Notes: generated by a model not told the origin, from the sequence alone. A DNA stretch of 64,000 bases from Nitrospirales bacterium (GCA_963555755.3 OY820905.2:512001-576000), one strand, 5' to 3'. Shown: positions 43,992 through 53,654, counted from the first letter of the stretch. Program-made: numbers and translations.

Positions 43992-46931
43992 ATGCACTGT
44001 TCGACCTCAATATTGCCAATAACATCCGGATTCCACTTAATCTTCAATCGACATCACACACGTTATGCATTGCCTCTTCCTTTAGTGAAGGAGGTCATTT
44101 GCCTTCCCGAGCTGGTCTCTCTTGACAATATGCCAGATCATATCGTTGGGGTCTTTAACTACCATGGGCAACTTGTACCGGTGATGAATCTGGATAGCCC
44201 CTTAGGGCACGTTTCATTTCGGTACAAGATCAGTGACAATATAATCCTTTTCGAATGGGATGGCTTTGTGAGTGGATTGATTATAGATGAAACTCGGAAT
44301 GTGTTGGATATTCAAGCCGAAGAGATGGAATTGGAATCCCCGCCAGAAATCGAATCTGGTCATCCGCACCCTCTCATAGCCCATTTGGTGCAGCATGATG
44401 ATGGTGTGATCAACATGTTGCATCCACTTCCCTTACCCCAAGATCGAGATGCCATAAAGCATTTCATTCAGAACATATCTGAATCTGACCATGATGGTCA
44501 GCTGAGAGATTCTCCCAATATTATCCGAGGAATGACGCTGTTGGAAAAAACCATGTTGCGGGAACGTACCACGAGTCTCATGGAAACTGACCAAGAAGAC
44601 CCCTCGGAGTACACTCAACTCGTTGTCATCCGTATCAACCAGGAATATTTTGGGATTGATTTAGGCTTGATACGGGAATGTGCTGAATTTAGGCGCGTGA
44701 CTCCCATGCCCGGCTGTCCAGAATTTGTTGTCGGGGTCATCAATGTACGAGGGGAAGTGTTACCCATTGTTGACTTGCGTGCCACACTCAATGTGCCGAT
44801 CGCTGAGTGCGAAAATTTCCACAAGGCTGTCGTCGTCCAGTTTGAAAATATTTTCGTCGGTATTGTTGTTGAAGAAATCATTGAGTCGGTTTTTCTTCAA
44901 GCAAGTGATATGGTGTCTGGTTCCTTGACTGGGAGCGTGAAGGAAGAAGGGTATATTCGGGGAATTGCTCAATTCCACGATCAGAAATTCCTTAAGGTGT
45001 TAGATTTGCAGAAGCTCCTGGTAAATGGAGAATTAACGGTTGACCAAACATTTTCCCGGTCAGCATCTGATCAGCAGCAGGCTGTTTCGGAAGGTAGTGT
45101 TGAGCCTGCAGGTAGTGAGGATAATCAATTACATGCCATTTTTATGCGGGAGAGCAAAGAATCCCTGAGAGAACTCCGTGAATCGATTATGAGTTTACGA
45201 GATACTTTGAGTGACACGGGAGATAAAACAGAGGGCTTCGGCCAGGCGGCGCTGCAAAGAGCCTTCAACCAGTCCCATTTTCTGATGAGCGTCGCTCGAA
45301 TGTTGGGAGCCCGAAAAATGGAAATTGTTGCCCGTCGGGTTGAGGACCTATTACGACTGGCGAAACGAGGACAGGACGTGCTGACTCTAGAATTTGTTGA
45401 TTCCTTGGACCATGGCGTAAATGGCGTTCAGGCACTCTTGGATGAATTTACGACAGGGGCCACGACGGATATTGATCCCAACGGCTTTTTTGATGAAAAA
45501 AGCTTAGTCGAAGTAGGAATGGCTCACGAGCCTATGCAAGTACGACTGGATGAAGAGGCAAGCCAAAGAGATCATGGGGGAGCCCTCTTAGTAGAATCCG
45601 TCAGATTAGATGCCTTGATGGATCAGGTGAATGACCTGAAGGCAGTCATTTGTGGAAGGCAGGAATGCCTCTTAGATACTGCACAGCTTGTGGAGTTTTC
45701 CGATTCATGGGGGCGTGCGGTCTTTGCGCATCGCGCAATCGGTGTAAAGGGAAATCGTTCAAGGCAGCTGATGACTAGGGACGATATGGCGAATTTTTAT
45801 AAACAGGAAAGCCAACAGCTTGTCGTATTAACTAGTGTGGTTGGTCGCGTCGCCAGAATGGTTTGTGATGAACATCAGCGGTTGAGTTCGATCTCAGAGA
45901 CACTGGAAGAAAATCTCCGTTCCATGCGGCTCATTCCCTTTTCCTCATGCTTGCAATATCTTCCGAGGATGGTCTCTGATATCGGCCGTGAACTTTGTAA
46001 AGAGGTCGAGCTGAGTATTGAGGGGAAGCATATGACGGTGGATATGCAGGTCCTGGAAGAATTGAAGGAGCCGTTGCGTCATCTCATACGCAACGCTATT
46101 CACCATGGGATTGAGACACCAGAAGAACGGATTCAGGCTGGGAAAGCACGAAAGGGATCCCTTCGGCTCTATGTCTTTCAAATGGGAACGCACCTGATTC
46201 TTGAATTGTGGGACGATGGGAGAGGATTAGATCTTGATGCAATCAAGCAGACCGCTTTTCAAGCCAAACTGTATACTCATGAACAATTGGAGTCGATGGC
46301 CCTTCCAGAAATTCAGTCCTTGATTTTTAACCCGGGTTTCTCCACGGAATCTTCTCTCCCAGGTGGGTCGGAAAAGGGAATGGGGTTGGATGTGGTGCAG
46401 TCTCATGTCAAGGGTCTCAAAGGAGCGGTGTATGTAGGATCGACTTCCGGCTCTGGGTGTATGATACAAATTCAATTGCCGGGGCCCACGCCGTCCGTTC
46501 ATCTGTTGATTGTCTCCGTGGCAGGCCAGAAATTTGGAATTCCCATCGACCGGGTTCAGACGACGACCTACTTGCTTTCGGAGGGACCGCAGGCTTCAAA
46601 GAATCAAGGATTTGTGGGTGAAGGTGGGCAAGTGGTTCCGCTTGTGGCTCTCGCTGATTTATTGGAAATGGGGGATACGGCCATACAGGACGAACTCTTC
46701 CCATGCGTGGTTATGGTGGTAGAGGACAAACCGCTTGGATTCCTGGTTGAAGAAATTTTGACTGCACAAGAAGTCAAACCCCAACCACAGGGAATCATTT
46801 TAAAAAAAGTGCGCAACGTGTCAGGTTCTACCATTCTCAACACTGGAGAGGTATGTATCATTTTGAATCCTGATGATCTGGTGCGGTCGGCCCAGAAACA
46901 GCTGGTTGGTACACCCACCCGGCTCATATAG
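43992..46931 (+). CDS. CheW-CheW-Hpt-CheA(HATPase)-CheW fusion
   Basis: GVFNYHGQLVPV and GVINVRGEVLPIVDL; Hpt-like QRAFNQSHFL; HLIRNAIHHGIE, DDGRGLD, GFST, GMGLDVV; C-terminal VSGSTILNTGEV. Confidence 0.88.
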   Translation: MHCSTSILPITSGFHLIFNRHHTRYALPLPLVKEVICLPELVSLDNMPDHIVGVFNYHGQLVPVMNLDSPLGHVSFRYKISDNIILFEWDGFVSGLIIDETRNVLDIQAEEMELESPPEIESGHPHPLIAHLVQHDDGVINMLHPLPLPQDRDAIKHFIQNISESDHDGQLRDSPNIIRGMTLLEKTMLRERTTSLMETDQEDPSEYTQLVVIRINQEYFGIDLGLIRECAEFRRVTPMPGCPEFVVGVINVRGEVLPIVDLRATLNVPIAECENFHKAVVVQFENIFVGIVVEEIIESVFLQASDMVSGSLTGSVKEEGYIRGIAQFHDQKFLKVLDLQKLLVNGELTVDQTFSRSASDQQQAVSEGSVEPAGSEDNQLHAIFMRESKESLRELRESIMSLRDTLSDTGDKTEGFGQAALQRAFNQSHFLMSVARMLGARKMEIVARRVEDLLRLAKRGQDVLTLEFVDSLDHGVNGVQALLDEFTTGATTDIDPNGFFDEKSLVEVGMAHEPMQVRLDEEASQRDHGGALLVESVRLDALMDQVNDLKAVICGRQECLLDTAQLVEFSDSWGRAVFAHRAIGVKGNRSRQLMTRDDMANFYKQESQQLVVLTSVVGRVARMVCDEHQRLSSISETLEENLRSMRLIPFSSCLQYLPRMVSDIGRELCKEVELSIEGKHMTVDMQVLEELKEPLRHLIRNAIHHGIETPEERIQAGKARKGSLRLYVFQMGTHLILELWDDGRGLDLDAIKQTAFQAKLYTHEQLESMALPEIQSLIFNPGFSTESSLPGGSEKGMGLDVVQSHVKGLKGAVYVGSTSGSGCMIQIQLPGPTPSVHLLIVSVAGQKFGIPIDRVQTTTYLLSEGPQASKNQGFVGEGGQVVPLVALADLLEMGDTAIQDELFPCVVMVVEDKPLGFLVEEILTAQEVKPQPQGIILKKVRNVSGSTILNTGEVCIILNPDDLVRSAQKQLVGTPTRLI

Positions 46932-46961
46932 GTAACCCATTGCCAGCTACGGGGAATCAGA

Positions 46962-48083
46962 ATGATAAAAATTTCAGTGGATACACATTCCTCAGCGAAA
47001 GGTAATCCACAAATGATGAAGAAAAAAGATATTCTTTCTCTCCTAGAAGAGGTTCAAACAGTCGCTCAAACCTTGTATAGCGAACACGCAACCCTGGGAG
47101 ACCACGTGAAGACAATTGAAGCTGAAATGTCGACGCTTAGAGCAGAGAAAGCCCAACTCGCCCAAGCCTTACAGGCTCCTCCGCCTCAGGCTGAACCCAC
47201 CGAAATCGAAGCGAAATTGTCGAAGCTTCGGGCAGAGAAAACCCAAGAAATATGGAACCTACAGGAAATCAATGCGCACTTGACCCAAGAGTTGCAGGAG
47301 ACAAAAACCCAACTTGCCCAAGGCTTACAGGCTCCTCCGCCTCAGGCTGAACCCACCAAAATCGAAGCGAAATTGTCGAAGCTTCGGGCAGAGAAAACCC
47401 AAGAAATATGGAACCTACAGGAAATCAATGCGCACTTGACCCAAGAGTTGCAGGAGACAAAAACCCAACTTGCCCAAGGCTTACAGGCTCCTCCGCCTCA
47501 GACCGAACCCACGCAAGAGAAGCAGGCATTACAAGCCAGCAATGCGCAGTTGACCAAGGAGTTGCAGGAGACAAAAACCCAACTCACCCAAGCCTTACAA
47601 GCTCCTCAACCTCAGGCTGAACTCACACAAGAGGTCCAGACGTTACAGGCCGGCAATGCGCAGTTGACCAAGGAGTTACAGGAGACGAAAACGCGACTCG
47701 CCCAAGCCTTACAGGCTCCTCCGCCTCAGGCTGAACCCACCGAAATCGAAGCGAAATTATCGAAGCTTCAGGCAGAGAAAACCCAAGAAATATGGAACCT
47801 ACAGGAAATCAATGCGCACTTGACCCAAGAGTTGCAGGATGCGCTAGCCCAACTTGCCCATGGAGTACCGTCAGGTAAGGAAAATATCGATTCCTTGCCT
47901 CCTGAATTCCAAAACTTGAAAGAACAACTCCAATATGCGGAATTCCACAATTTTTTATTGGAGCAGGAAGTGTCAAAACAACATGATGAAATCCAGGTAC
48001 TAGAAAGGAGCCTTGAGACCGCTACATCTCAGGCCTCGCCTTTTTCACCAGTTGATGAATCCATTGCGACTTCTTCGTCATGA
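46962..48083 (+). CDS. Coiled-coil protein with 52-aa and 38-aa tandem repeats
   Basis: QLAQALQAPPPQAEPT units; 156-bp period at 47172 and 47328. Confidence 0.75.
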   Translation: MIKISVDTHSSAKGNPQMMKKKDILSLLEEVQTVAQTLYSEHATLGDHVKTIEAEMSTLRAEKAQLAQALQAPPPQAEPTEIEAKLSKLRAEKTQEIWNLQEINAHLTQELQETKTQLAQGLQAPPPQAEPTKIEAKLSKLRAEKTQEIWNLQEINAHLTQELQETKTQLAQGLQAPPPQTEPTQEKQALQASNAQLTKELQETKTQLTQALQAPQPQAELTQEVQTLQAGNAQLTKELQETKTRLAQALQAPPPQAEPTEIEAKLSKLQAEKTQEIWNLQEINAHLTQELQDALAQLAHGVPSGKENIDSLPPEFQNLKEQLQYAEFHNFLLEQEVSKQHDEIQVLERSLETATSQASPFSPVDESIATSSS

Positions 48084-48193
48084 CCTCTGACTTGACGCAC
48101 ATTTGGGGGAACTGGGCATCATCTTATAAAGGAATGATTTGTCGATTCGCAAAGACCAACCGGAGATATGAAAAATGTCAATTCCCTTCTTTT

Positions 48194-48685
48194 GTGTTTT
48201 ATGCCGGAGAGGGGTGGCGTGAACATTCCACACAAGCCATGCAAGATGTGAATACCATTAAGGAGAAAAAGGAAACGCTTCAAGGGTTTACCGTTGTGAT
48301 TGTTGGGGACGTTTCACATAGCCGAGTGGCACGATCCAATATTGCCGCCTTAACCAAATTAGGGGAGGAGCTAAGAGTTGTGGCTCCGCGACCATGCTCC
48401 CTCTTTTTGTGGAACGGCTTGGCGCCAAAGAATTGTACCCATTTGAACGCCTTAATCGGAGCCGATGTGATTATGATGCAAGGATGACAACGAGAAGGGT
48501 GTGGGCAAGCCTTACTGCCCAATGTTCGCGAATAGCCTAAATTGTGTGGTCTAACCTTGGAACGACTCAAACTGACTAAACCTGAAGACATTGTCATGCA
48601 TCCGGATTCGCTGAATCGAGGAATTGAAATCGCACCCGCCGGTGCAGATAGTTTTCCTGTGGCCATTTTAGACCAAGTCACCAAA
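48194..48685 (+). pseudogene. pyrB: Aspartate carbamoyltransferase remnant
   Basis: YAGEGWREHSTQA, IVGDVSHSRVARSN, ADVIMM, IVMHP..LNRGIEI, ILDQVT spread over frameshifts and stops. Confidence 0.85.
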
Positions 48686-49276
48686 CTCTTGGTGGTTCCT
48701 CTTGTAACAAAGCCAAGGGGGGCCCCTTGGGAAACCACGAACAGGTTCATCCGGGAATGTTTCCCAAAAGACTCGGATCTCACTGGAGTCATTTATCCGG
48801 CAACCGTGCAAATGGTATTTATTTTTTGAAAACCCTTATTCCATAGGTATTTTATGATATTTCATGGAGTAGGTTACATTGCCAGGGTACTAAAAAGTAA
48901 TAATAATCCGCCAAAACAAATATGGCTCATCAGGAAATTTGTAGATACACGTGAGAGGGTTTTGATCGTTCACAGGACCAAATGGCTAAGACCGACCGGG
49001 CTTCTGAATGTTGACATGGACCTGCATTCGATCCAAGGTCCTTCAAAGCATTCAAAGATCCGGTTCATCCGCTTTGTAAGCAGAGGCGGAGGTGGGGTAG
49101 AAGCGTCCTCCGGGCTCACGATACCCGAACGAACGTGCCTAAACCCACTCCAAGCCTCTACCTCCCCTGTCCCCTCCTTACAAAGGAGGGGAATGGTGAG
49201 ACAAAGCCCTTTGGTGTTTAACCCACACAATTTCCTGAAGGGCCAAAAATATTAATCCCTAACAAGGGGTACTAAC

Positions 49277-49711
49277 ATGAAAACGTCTGTAAATATCTTG
49301 ATTTTACTCCTCTTTTCGTTTTCTGCCTGTTCGGAGACTGTTGACTCTGAGTATTCCACCTTGGATGAAGCAAGGAAGAAAAATGCCATTCGGACAGGAT
49401 TGATTCCAGAATGGTTGCCAGATACTTCCCAGCAAATCAAGGTGGCCTTTGATATTAGTACCAATGAAAAAATTTTGACCTTCCAATATACGATCGCTGA
49501 AGGCTGGAACCCGCTGGAGATATGCGAGCAAATTGACTCATTTGCTCCGCCAACCCCTCAATTAAACCGTTCCTGGTGGCCCAAAGATGTTCCTACCCAT
49601 AATGGCTCTCTTCCCCGCCATACTTTTTACACTTGCGAAAATGGAGGTTCTTTTCTTGCAGTTCATCCGCAAGTCGGGCAAGTTTTTTATTGGAACACCA
49701 AGTACCATTAA
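49277..49711 (+). CDS. Small lipoprotein (YbbD-like)
   Basis: FSAC lipobox; YSTLDEA...AI.TG.IPEWLP. Confidence 0.65.
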   Translation: MKTSVNILILLLFSFSACSETVDSEYSTLDEARKKNAIRTGLIPEWLPDTSQQIKVAFDISTNEKILTFQYTIAEGWNPLEICEQIDSFAPPTPQLNRSWWPKDVPTHNGSLPRHTFYTCENGGSFLAVHPQVGQVFYWNTKYH

Positions 49712-49729
49712 TTCGGGAATACTAGACCA

Positions 49730-49950
49730 TGCACCTTTGTGGCATACGCAATCTTAGGATGGATGAAGTACTTTTTCACCCTGTCCGGTAACTTCTGCAT
49801 TGTTTTCATGTGAGCGCGCACCTTTTTCGTGAGACCATCTGTATCTCGAATCGGGCAGCGGGAATACACCCCTGCCTTCAGCTCACAATTTAAATATTCT
49901 TCAGGATTCAATTCTGGGGAAAAGGCGGTGAGAAAGAAGAGTTCGATGGC
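49730..49950 (-). pseudogene. IS630-family transposase C-terminal fragment
   Basis: IELFFL..FSPELNPEEYLNCELK...PDRVKKYF.HP.I.YA. Confidence 0.8.
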
Positions 49951-49961
49951 CTCGGTGTAAG

Positions 49962-50155
49962 AGCTATTGTCAAATCTAGTGTCTGGGCCACTGATTACGC
50001 GGCGACCGGATCAAACCTGGTTTCCTCGATGCCCTCCATAAAATGAATGCCCTTGATAACTTTTTCCAACTCCTTGAATCCCCGGAGGCATCGCCAGGTT
50101 TTCTCGGCACACCGTCCCAGCTTGAACATCATATGTAACAGGCCATCACGAGTCG
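49962..50155 (-). pseudogene. IS256-family transposase C-terminal fragment with terminal sequence
   Basis: LHMMFKLGRCAEKTWRCLRGF..L.KVI.G..F.EG; end GAGCTATTGTCAAATCTAGTGT. Confidence 0.78.
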
Positions 50156-50174
50156 GCCGCTCCTGCTCACCGCT

Positions 50175-50414
50175 GTGGGCAAACAGACGCGGCATCAAGG
50201 ACAGACGAAGCTGATGCTCACCAGTGCCCATGCCAAAACCGGATCCATCCAACGGGCGTTACGCGGGCTGCAACGCTTTTTCAAAGAATGTCGGGTGACT
50301 GCGGAGCAGTTGGGCTGGGCGGCCCTGTGGCGGAAGATGTTGAGTCGGATTTTTGTTGCGTTTCTGCGTGGACGGCCCCTTCGCCCCCCGCCGCTGCTGC
50401 CACATCCGACCTAA
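50175..50414 (+). pseudogene. IS1380-like transposase C-terminal fragment
   Basis: GKQTRHQGQTKL.LTS.HA...TAEQL...W..MLSRIF..FLRGR.LRPP just inside the terminal repeat. Confidence 0.7.
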
Positions 50415-50479
50415 GAACATGTTTCGGTAAGGCTGTGGCTACGTAGAAACCATATTCTAACTGCCGTTTTTAGGATTAA

Positions 50480-51272
50480 CCATGTAAATCCGAAAACCCA
50501 GAAACTCATTGGTAATTGGCCCCCCCATTCCTTTCCCTTCTTTGCCAATGCAGAGGAGATTCTTTCGGAGTTTGGTAGAATTGGAGCGTTTGCTGCGCAT
50601 CAGAGAATTTTACGGTCCGGTTTTCAAACGTATCGAATAAAGGACGCCTATGCCCCCGGACAATACCGGCATACCCCCATTTATCAGGAGTTTTATCACC
50701 CTCAACGAATTCAGTACTGTTTGCATTCTGGTTTGTTCGGTGATGCTACCAATACCATAGGGTTCCACCGCCAAAACAGAGACTTTTCCGGAGAAGACGT
50801 GAGGATAGTGGAATTACCGCGCTCGCATCTCGTGCGAGCGCACGGTAATGCCCAGCGTGGCTCGCACATGCAATCCCACCTCACCAGGATCAATGGTGCG
50901 GTGGAGGCGTTGAATCAGGGCGTGGTGGTGCTTTCCTCAAATGGCCGGATTGCGTGGATGACGACGGTCGCCCAACGTTTCTTGAAAACATTTTGGCCGG
51001 ACTGGAAACGACGGAAAGATTCCCTCCCCGCGCTTCTTGGTAATTGGGTCCACAGTCAACTGCAGCTCTTCGACGATCCTGATTATGCCCCTGGCATTCA
51101 CATGTCCATTACCATCGACCGGGGTCAGTACCGCCTACTCGTCCGGTTGGTGCCGCAAGACAACCAACACGTCTTGTTTTTGGAGAAGGAACCGATCGAC
51201 CTGCCGTTAGACCGTCTTAATCCCTACGATCTCACTTCCAGAGAGAAAGATGTGCTCGGCTGGGCTATTCAA
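50480..51272 (+). pseudogene. LuxR-family regulator, piece 2 of 3 (GAF/PAS-like sensor region and start of the HTH)
   Basis: Open frame HVNPKTQ...IYQEFY...GVVVLSSNGRI...LTSREKDVLGWAIQ. Confidence 0.85.
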
Positions 51273-51371
51273 CCTAGACATTATGTATTGACCTGCCCAA
51301 TCTTCAGGCACGTGGGGTAAGCTACGGGGGAATCACCCGGAGTTTACAACCACCATGAAGGAGGACAGGGC

Positions 51372-52496
51372 ATGAACCAGTTTCACAAGTTTGTTGGGTT
51401 GGACACACACAAGGACACGATTGCGGTGGCGGTGAGTGAGGCGAATGGGGGGCCCACCCGGTACTATGGTGAAATTTCAAACACGCCCAAGGCGCTGGCC
51501 AAGTTGGTCAAGACCCTGACCGCCCAAGGGGACGCGGTGTCATTTTGTTATGAGGCCGGCCCGTGTGGCTATGGGATCTATCGACAACTCACGGCGTTGG
51601 GCCAGGCTTGCGCGGTGGTGGCGCCGTCCCTGATCCCCACGAAACCGGGCGACCGAGTGAAGACGGATCGGCGCGACAGTGAATCGCTGTCCCGGTTGCA
51701 TCGGGCAGGCGAGCTCACAGCCGTCTGGGTGCCGGATCAGGAGCAGGAAGCGATGCGGGATCTCACGCGAGCGCGGGAAGATATGAAAGGGCTGGAACGG
51801 ATCACCAAACAACGGCTCAATGCGTTTCTGCTTCGGCATGGCCGCAACTATGATCGGGGAAAATGTCGTTGGACCCAGGCGCATAGCCGCTGGTTGGCAG
51901 GCCTGAAGTTTGAGAACACGGTGCAACAGATTGTCTTTCAAGAATATATAGAGGCGGTGAAGCAGGCCGCAGGCCGCGTGTCCGGGTTGGAACACGAGAT
52001 GGCGCAAGCGCTAAAGACCTGGGAGCTGGCCCCAATGGTCGAGGCCCTGATGGCCCTGCGCGGGGTGAAGCTGATCACCGCCATGACCGTGCTGGCAGAA
52101 CTGGGGGACCTCAGTCGTTTTACCTCCCCGTCGCAACTGATGGCCTATCTGGGGCTGGTGCCTCGTGAACACTCCAGTGGCCAGACCCGGCGGCGCGGCG
52201 GGATCACCAAGACGGGTAACGGCCATGTGCGGCGGGTGCTGGTCGAAGCCGCCTGGGGATACCGGTTCCCGGCTCGTAAGACTGCGCATCTGCAACGGCG
52301 GGCCACACAGACGTCCGCAGCCGTGCAGGCCATCGCCTGGAAAGCCCAGAAGCGATTGTGCGGGCGCTATCGGCATCTGCTGGCGGCCGGGAAACTCACG
52401 GTGCAGGCTTGTACGGCTGTGGCCCGGGAGTTGGCGGGGTTTATCTGGGCGATTGCGTGTGAAGTCCTGAACCAACCGGCTGTGAACACTCGGTAA
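51372..52496 (+). CDS. IS110-family DEDD recombinase/transposase
   Basis: VGLDTHK, CYEAG, VKTDRRD, YLGLVP.EHSSG, AVARELAG. Confidence 0.96.
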   Translation: MNQFHKFVGLDTHKDTIAVAVSEANGGPTRYYGEISNTPKALAKLVKTLTAQGDAVSFCYEAGPCGYGIYRQLTALGQACAVVAPSLIPTKPGDRVKTDRRDSESLSRLHRAGELTAVWVPDQEQEAMRDLTRAREDMKGLERITKQRLNAFLLRHGRNYDRGKCRWTQAHSRWLAGLKFENTVQQIVFQEYIEAVKQAAGRVSGLEHEMAQALKTWELAPMVEALMALRGVKLITAMTVLAELGDLSRFTSPSQLMAYLGLVPREHSSGQTRRRGGITKTGNGHVRRVLVEAAWGYRFPARKTAHLQRRATQTSAAVQAIAWKAQKRLCGRYRHLLAAGKLTVQACTAVARELAGFIWAIACEVLNQPAVNTR

Positions 52497-52539
52497 GACC
52501 TGAGCGAACTGACTGGTTAGCACCACCATGCACACAAGG

Positions 52540-52755
52540 AATATCCAGCCAGTCTTTGGGCCAGGGCAGGGGCGGCCGGTGGGAGAATCCTCGGCGTTTC
52601 TATGAGGCGCTCAACAGAACTGAGACGACCCTCGATCCTAGAGAGAGGCAGCTCCACGACGAAGAGAGGTCAGGCGGTGTCGACCCGCGTATATCAGAGT
52701 GATCCACCGTCGTTGATTGCCACCCCTGCCCTGTGCCAAGGACTGGCTGGATAAA
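52540..52755 (+). ncRNA. Candidate bridge/seek RNA of the IS110 element
   Basis: Long enclosing stem TATCCAGCCAGTC...GACTGGCTGGATA; internal matches to target and donor junctions. Confidence 0.65.
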
Positions 52756-52933
52756 GCCAGAACGGATGCGACATTGAACACTTGATTACCAATAGTTGAC
52801 AGGTCAATACATATCAGAAACGGCAGTTGGGCGCAAAAAAGCCGTGTAAGATATTGGTGTGCATGGTGAAATACAAAAAGTCGTAGTCACCTCGGTGGTG
52901 ATAAGACATTTTTGTATTTTATCAGGTGCGCTT

Positions 52934-53198
52934 AGGGTCCGTCACGAAATAACCGGGACAATTGGGAGGCCCAGATTTGTGATCGGGGCAAGGCGCGACG
53001 AGGGAGCAGAGCGGGGCTCTGTGACCGAGGAGCAACGCCGCCCCGGGCCAAAGATGGGCCTCCCCGGAGGGCCGGACGCTTTTGGGCTCCGCCGGCGTCG
53101 CTCATCGCTTCCATACTCCCGGTATGCGCGCTCTTCGCTCCTTGGCTCGCTCCAAAATCGTCTCGGCCAATTGTCTCGGTTATTTCGTGACGGACCCT
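52934..53198. repeat. MITE family F (AGGGTCCGTCACGAAATAACCG...CGGTTATTTCGTGACGGACCCT)
   Basis: About 32-bp inverted termini; central CATAC-TCCCG-GTATG hairpin. Confidence 0.85.
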
Positions 53199-53246
53199 GA
53201 GAGCTTGCGCGGACTTTTGTGATCCAATTGCTGTTTCTAGGTTCAA

Positions 53247-53396
53247 GGCAAGTCCAATCCCGAGATCGGTCAGATCCTCGGCACCAGCCCGTTGACCATC
53301 CAAAAACAGTTCGGCAGCATTTACCAAAAACTCGGTGTCGAAAATCGTGCGGCGGCAGTCGCCACGGCGCTAGAGATCATGCGGCTGGCAAGCTAA
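53247..53396 (+). pseudogene. LuxR-family regulator, piece 3 of 3 (HTH C-terminus)
   Basis: GKSNPEIGQILGTSPLTIQKQFGSIYQKLGVENRAAAV...stop. Confidence 0.9.
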
Positions 53397-53419
53397 ATGA
53401 GGATGTCACTCAAAAGAAT

Positions 53420-53642
53420 GGCCTGGATCCCCGCTTACTACCGCGGGGATGACGGTGCTATTTTCGGAGGGCAGACCGTACCTTTGCAGTTAGTACTGGC
53501 TCGACGGCCTTAAAGACTGTCGAGAAAAATTACAACTTCGCCAATCCTCGTCGCGTCATTCCCGCAGGTAGTGAGCGGGAATCCAGGTTGATGTTTTTCC
53601 CTTCCTGGATGGATCCTCAATAACGACCGTCGGGAATGACGC
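53420..53642. repeat. Cluster of REP-like palindromes (GTCATTCCCGC...GCGGGAATCCAG type)
   Basis: Copies near 53421-53453, 53555-53587 and 53625-53642; another at 54400-54434. Confidence 0.7.
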
Positions 53643-53654
53643 GGTGGCAGGTGC

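Larger units (their letters stand above)
35308..50474. mobile_element. 15.2-kb element with IS1380-like ends, carrying cargo and nested IS
   Basis: Perfect 16-bp inverted termini CCTAAAAACGGCAGTT (35308-35323, 50459-50474); ATTAA duplication at 35303-35307 and 50475-50479; transposase C-terminal remnant at 50175-50414. Confidence 0.88.
51279..52815 (+). mobile_element. IS110-family (IS1111-type) element
   Basis: Subterminal inverted repeats ATGTATTGACCTG (51283-51295) / CAGGTCAATACAT (52800-52812); AGA core on both sides. Confidence 0.9.
51273..53241. mobile_element. Non-autonomous element with IS1380-like ends, containing an IS110 and a MITE
   Basis: Reconstructed left end CCTAGAAACGGCAGTTGG, right end CCAATTGCTGTTTCTAGG; TTCAA duplication at 51268-51272 and 53242-53246. 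Confidence 0.85.

Noticed and set aside
48854..49255. 133-aa ORF
   Set aside because: It runs through a REP-like element and has no recognisable motif
52859..53452. ORFs 52859-53200, 52932-53327 and 53219-53452
   Set aside because: They arise from MITE F or are alternative frames of the luxR C-terminal piece
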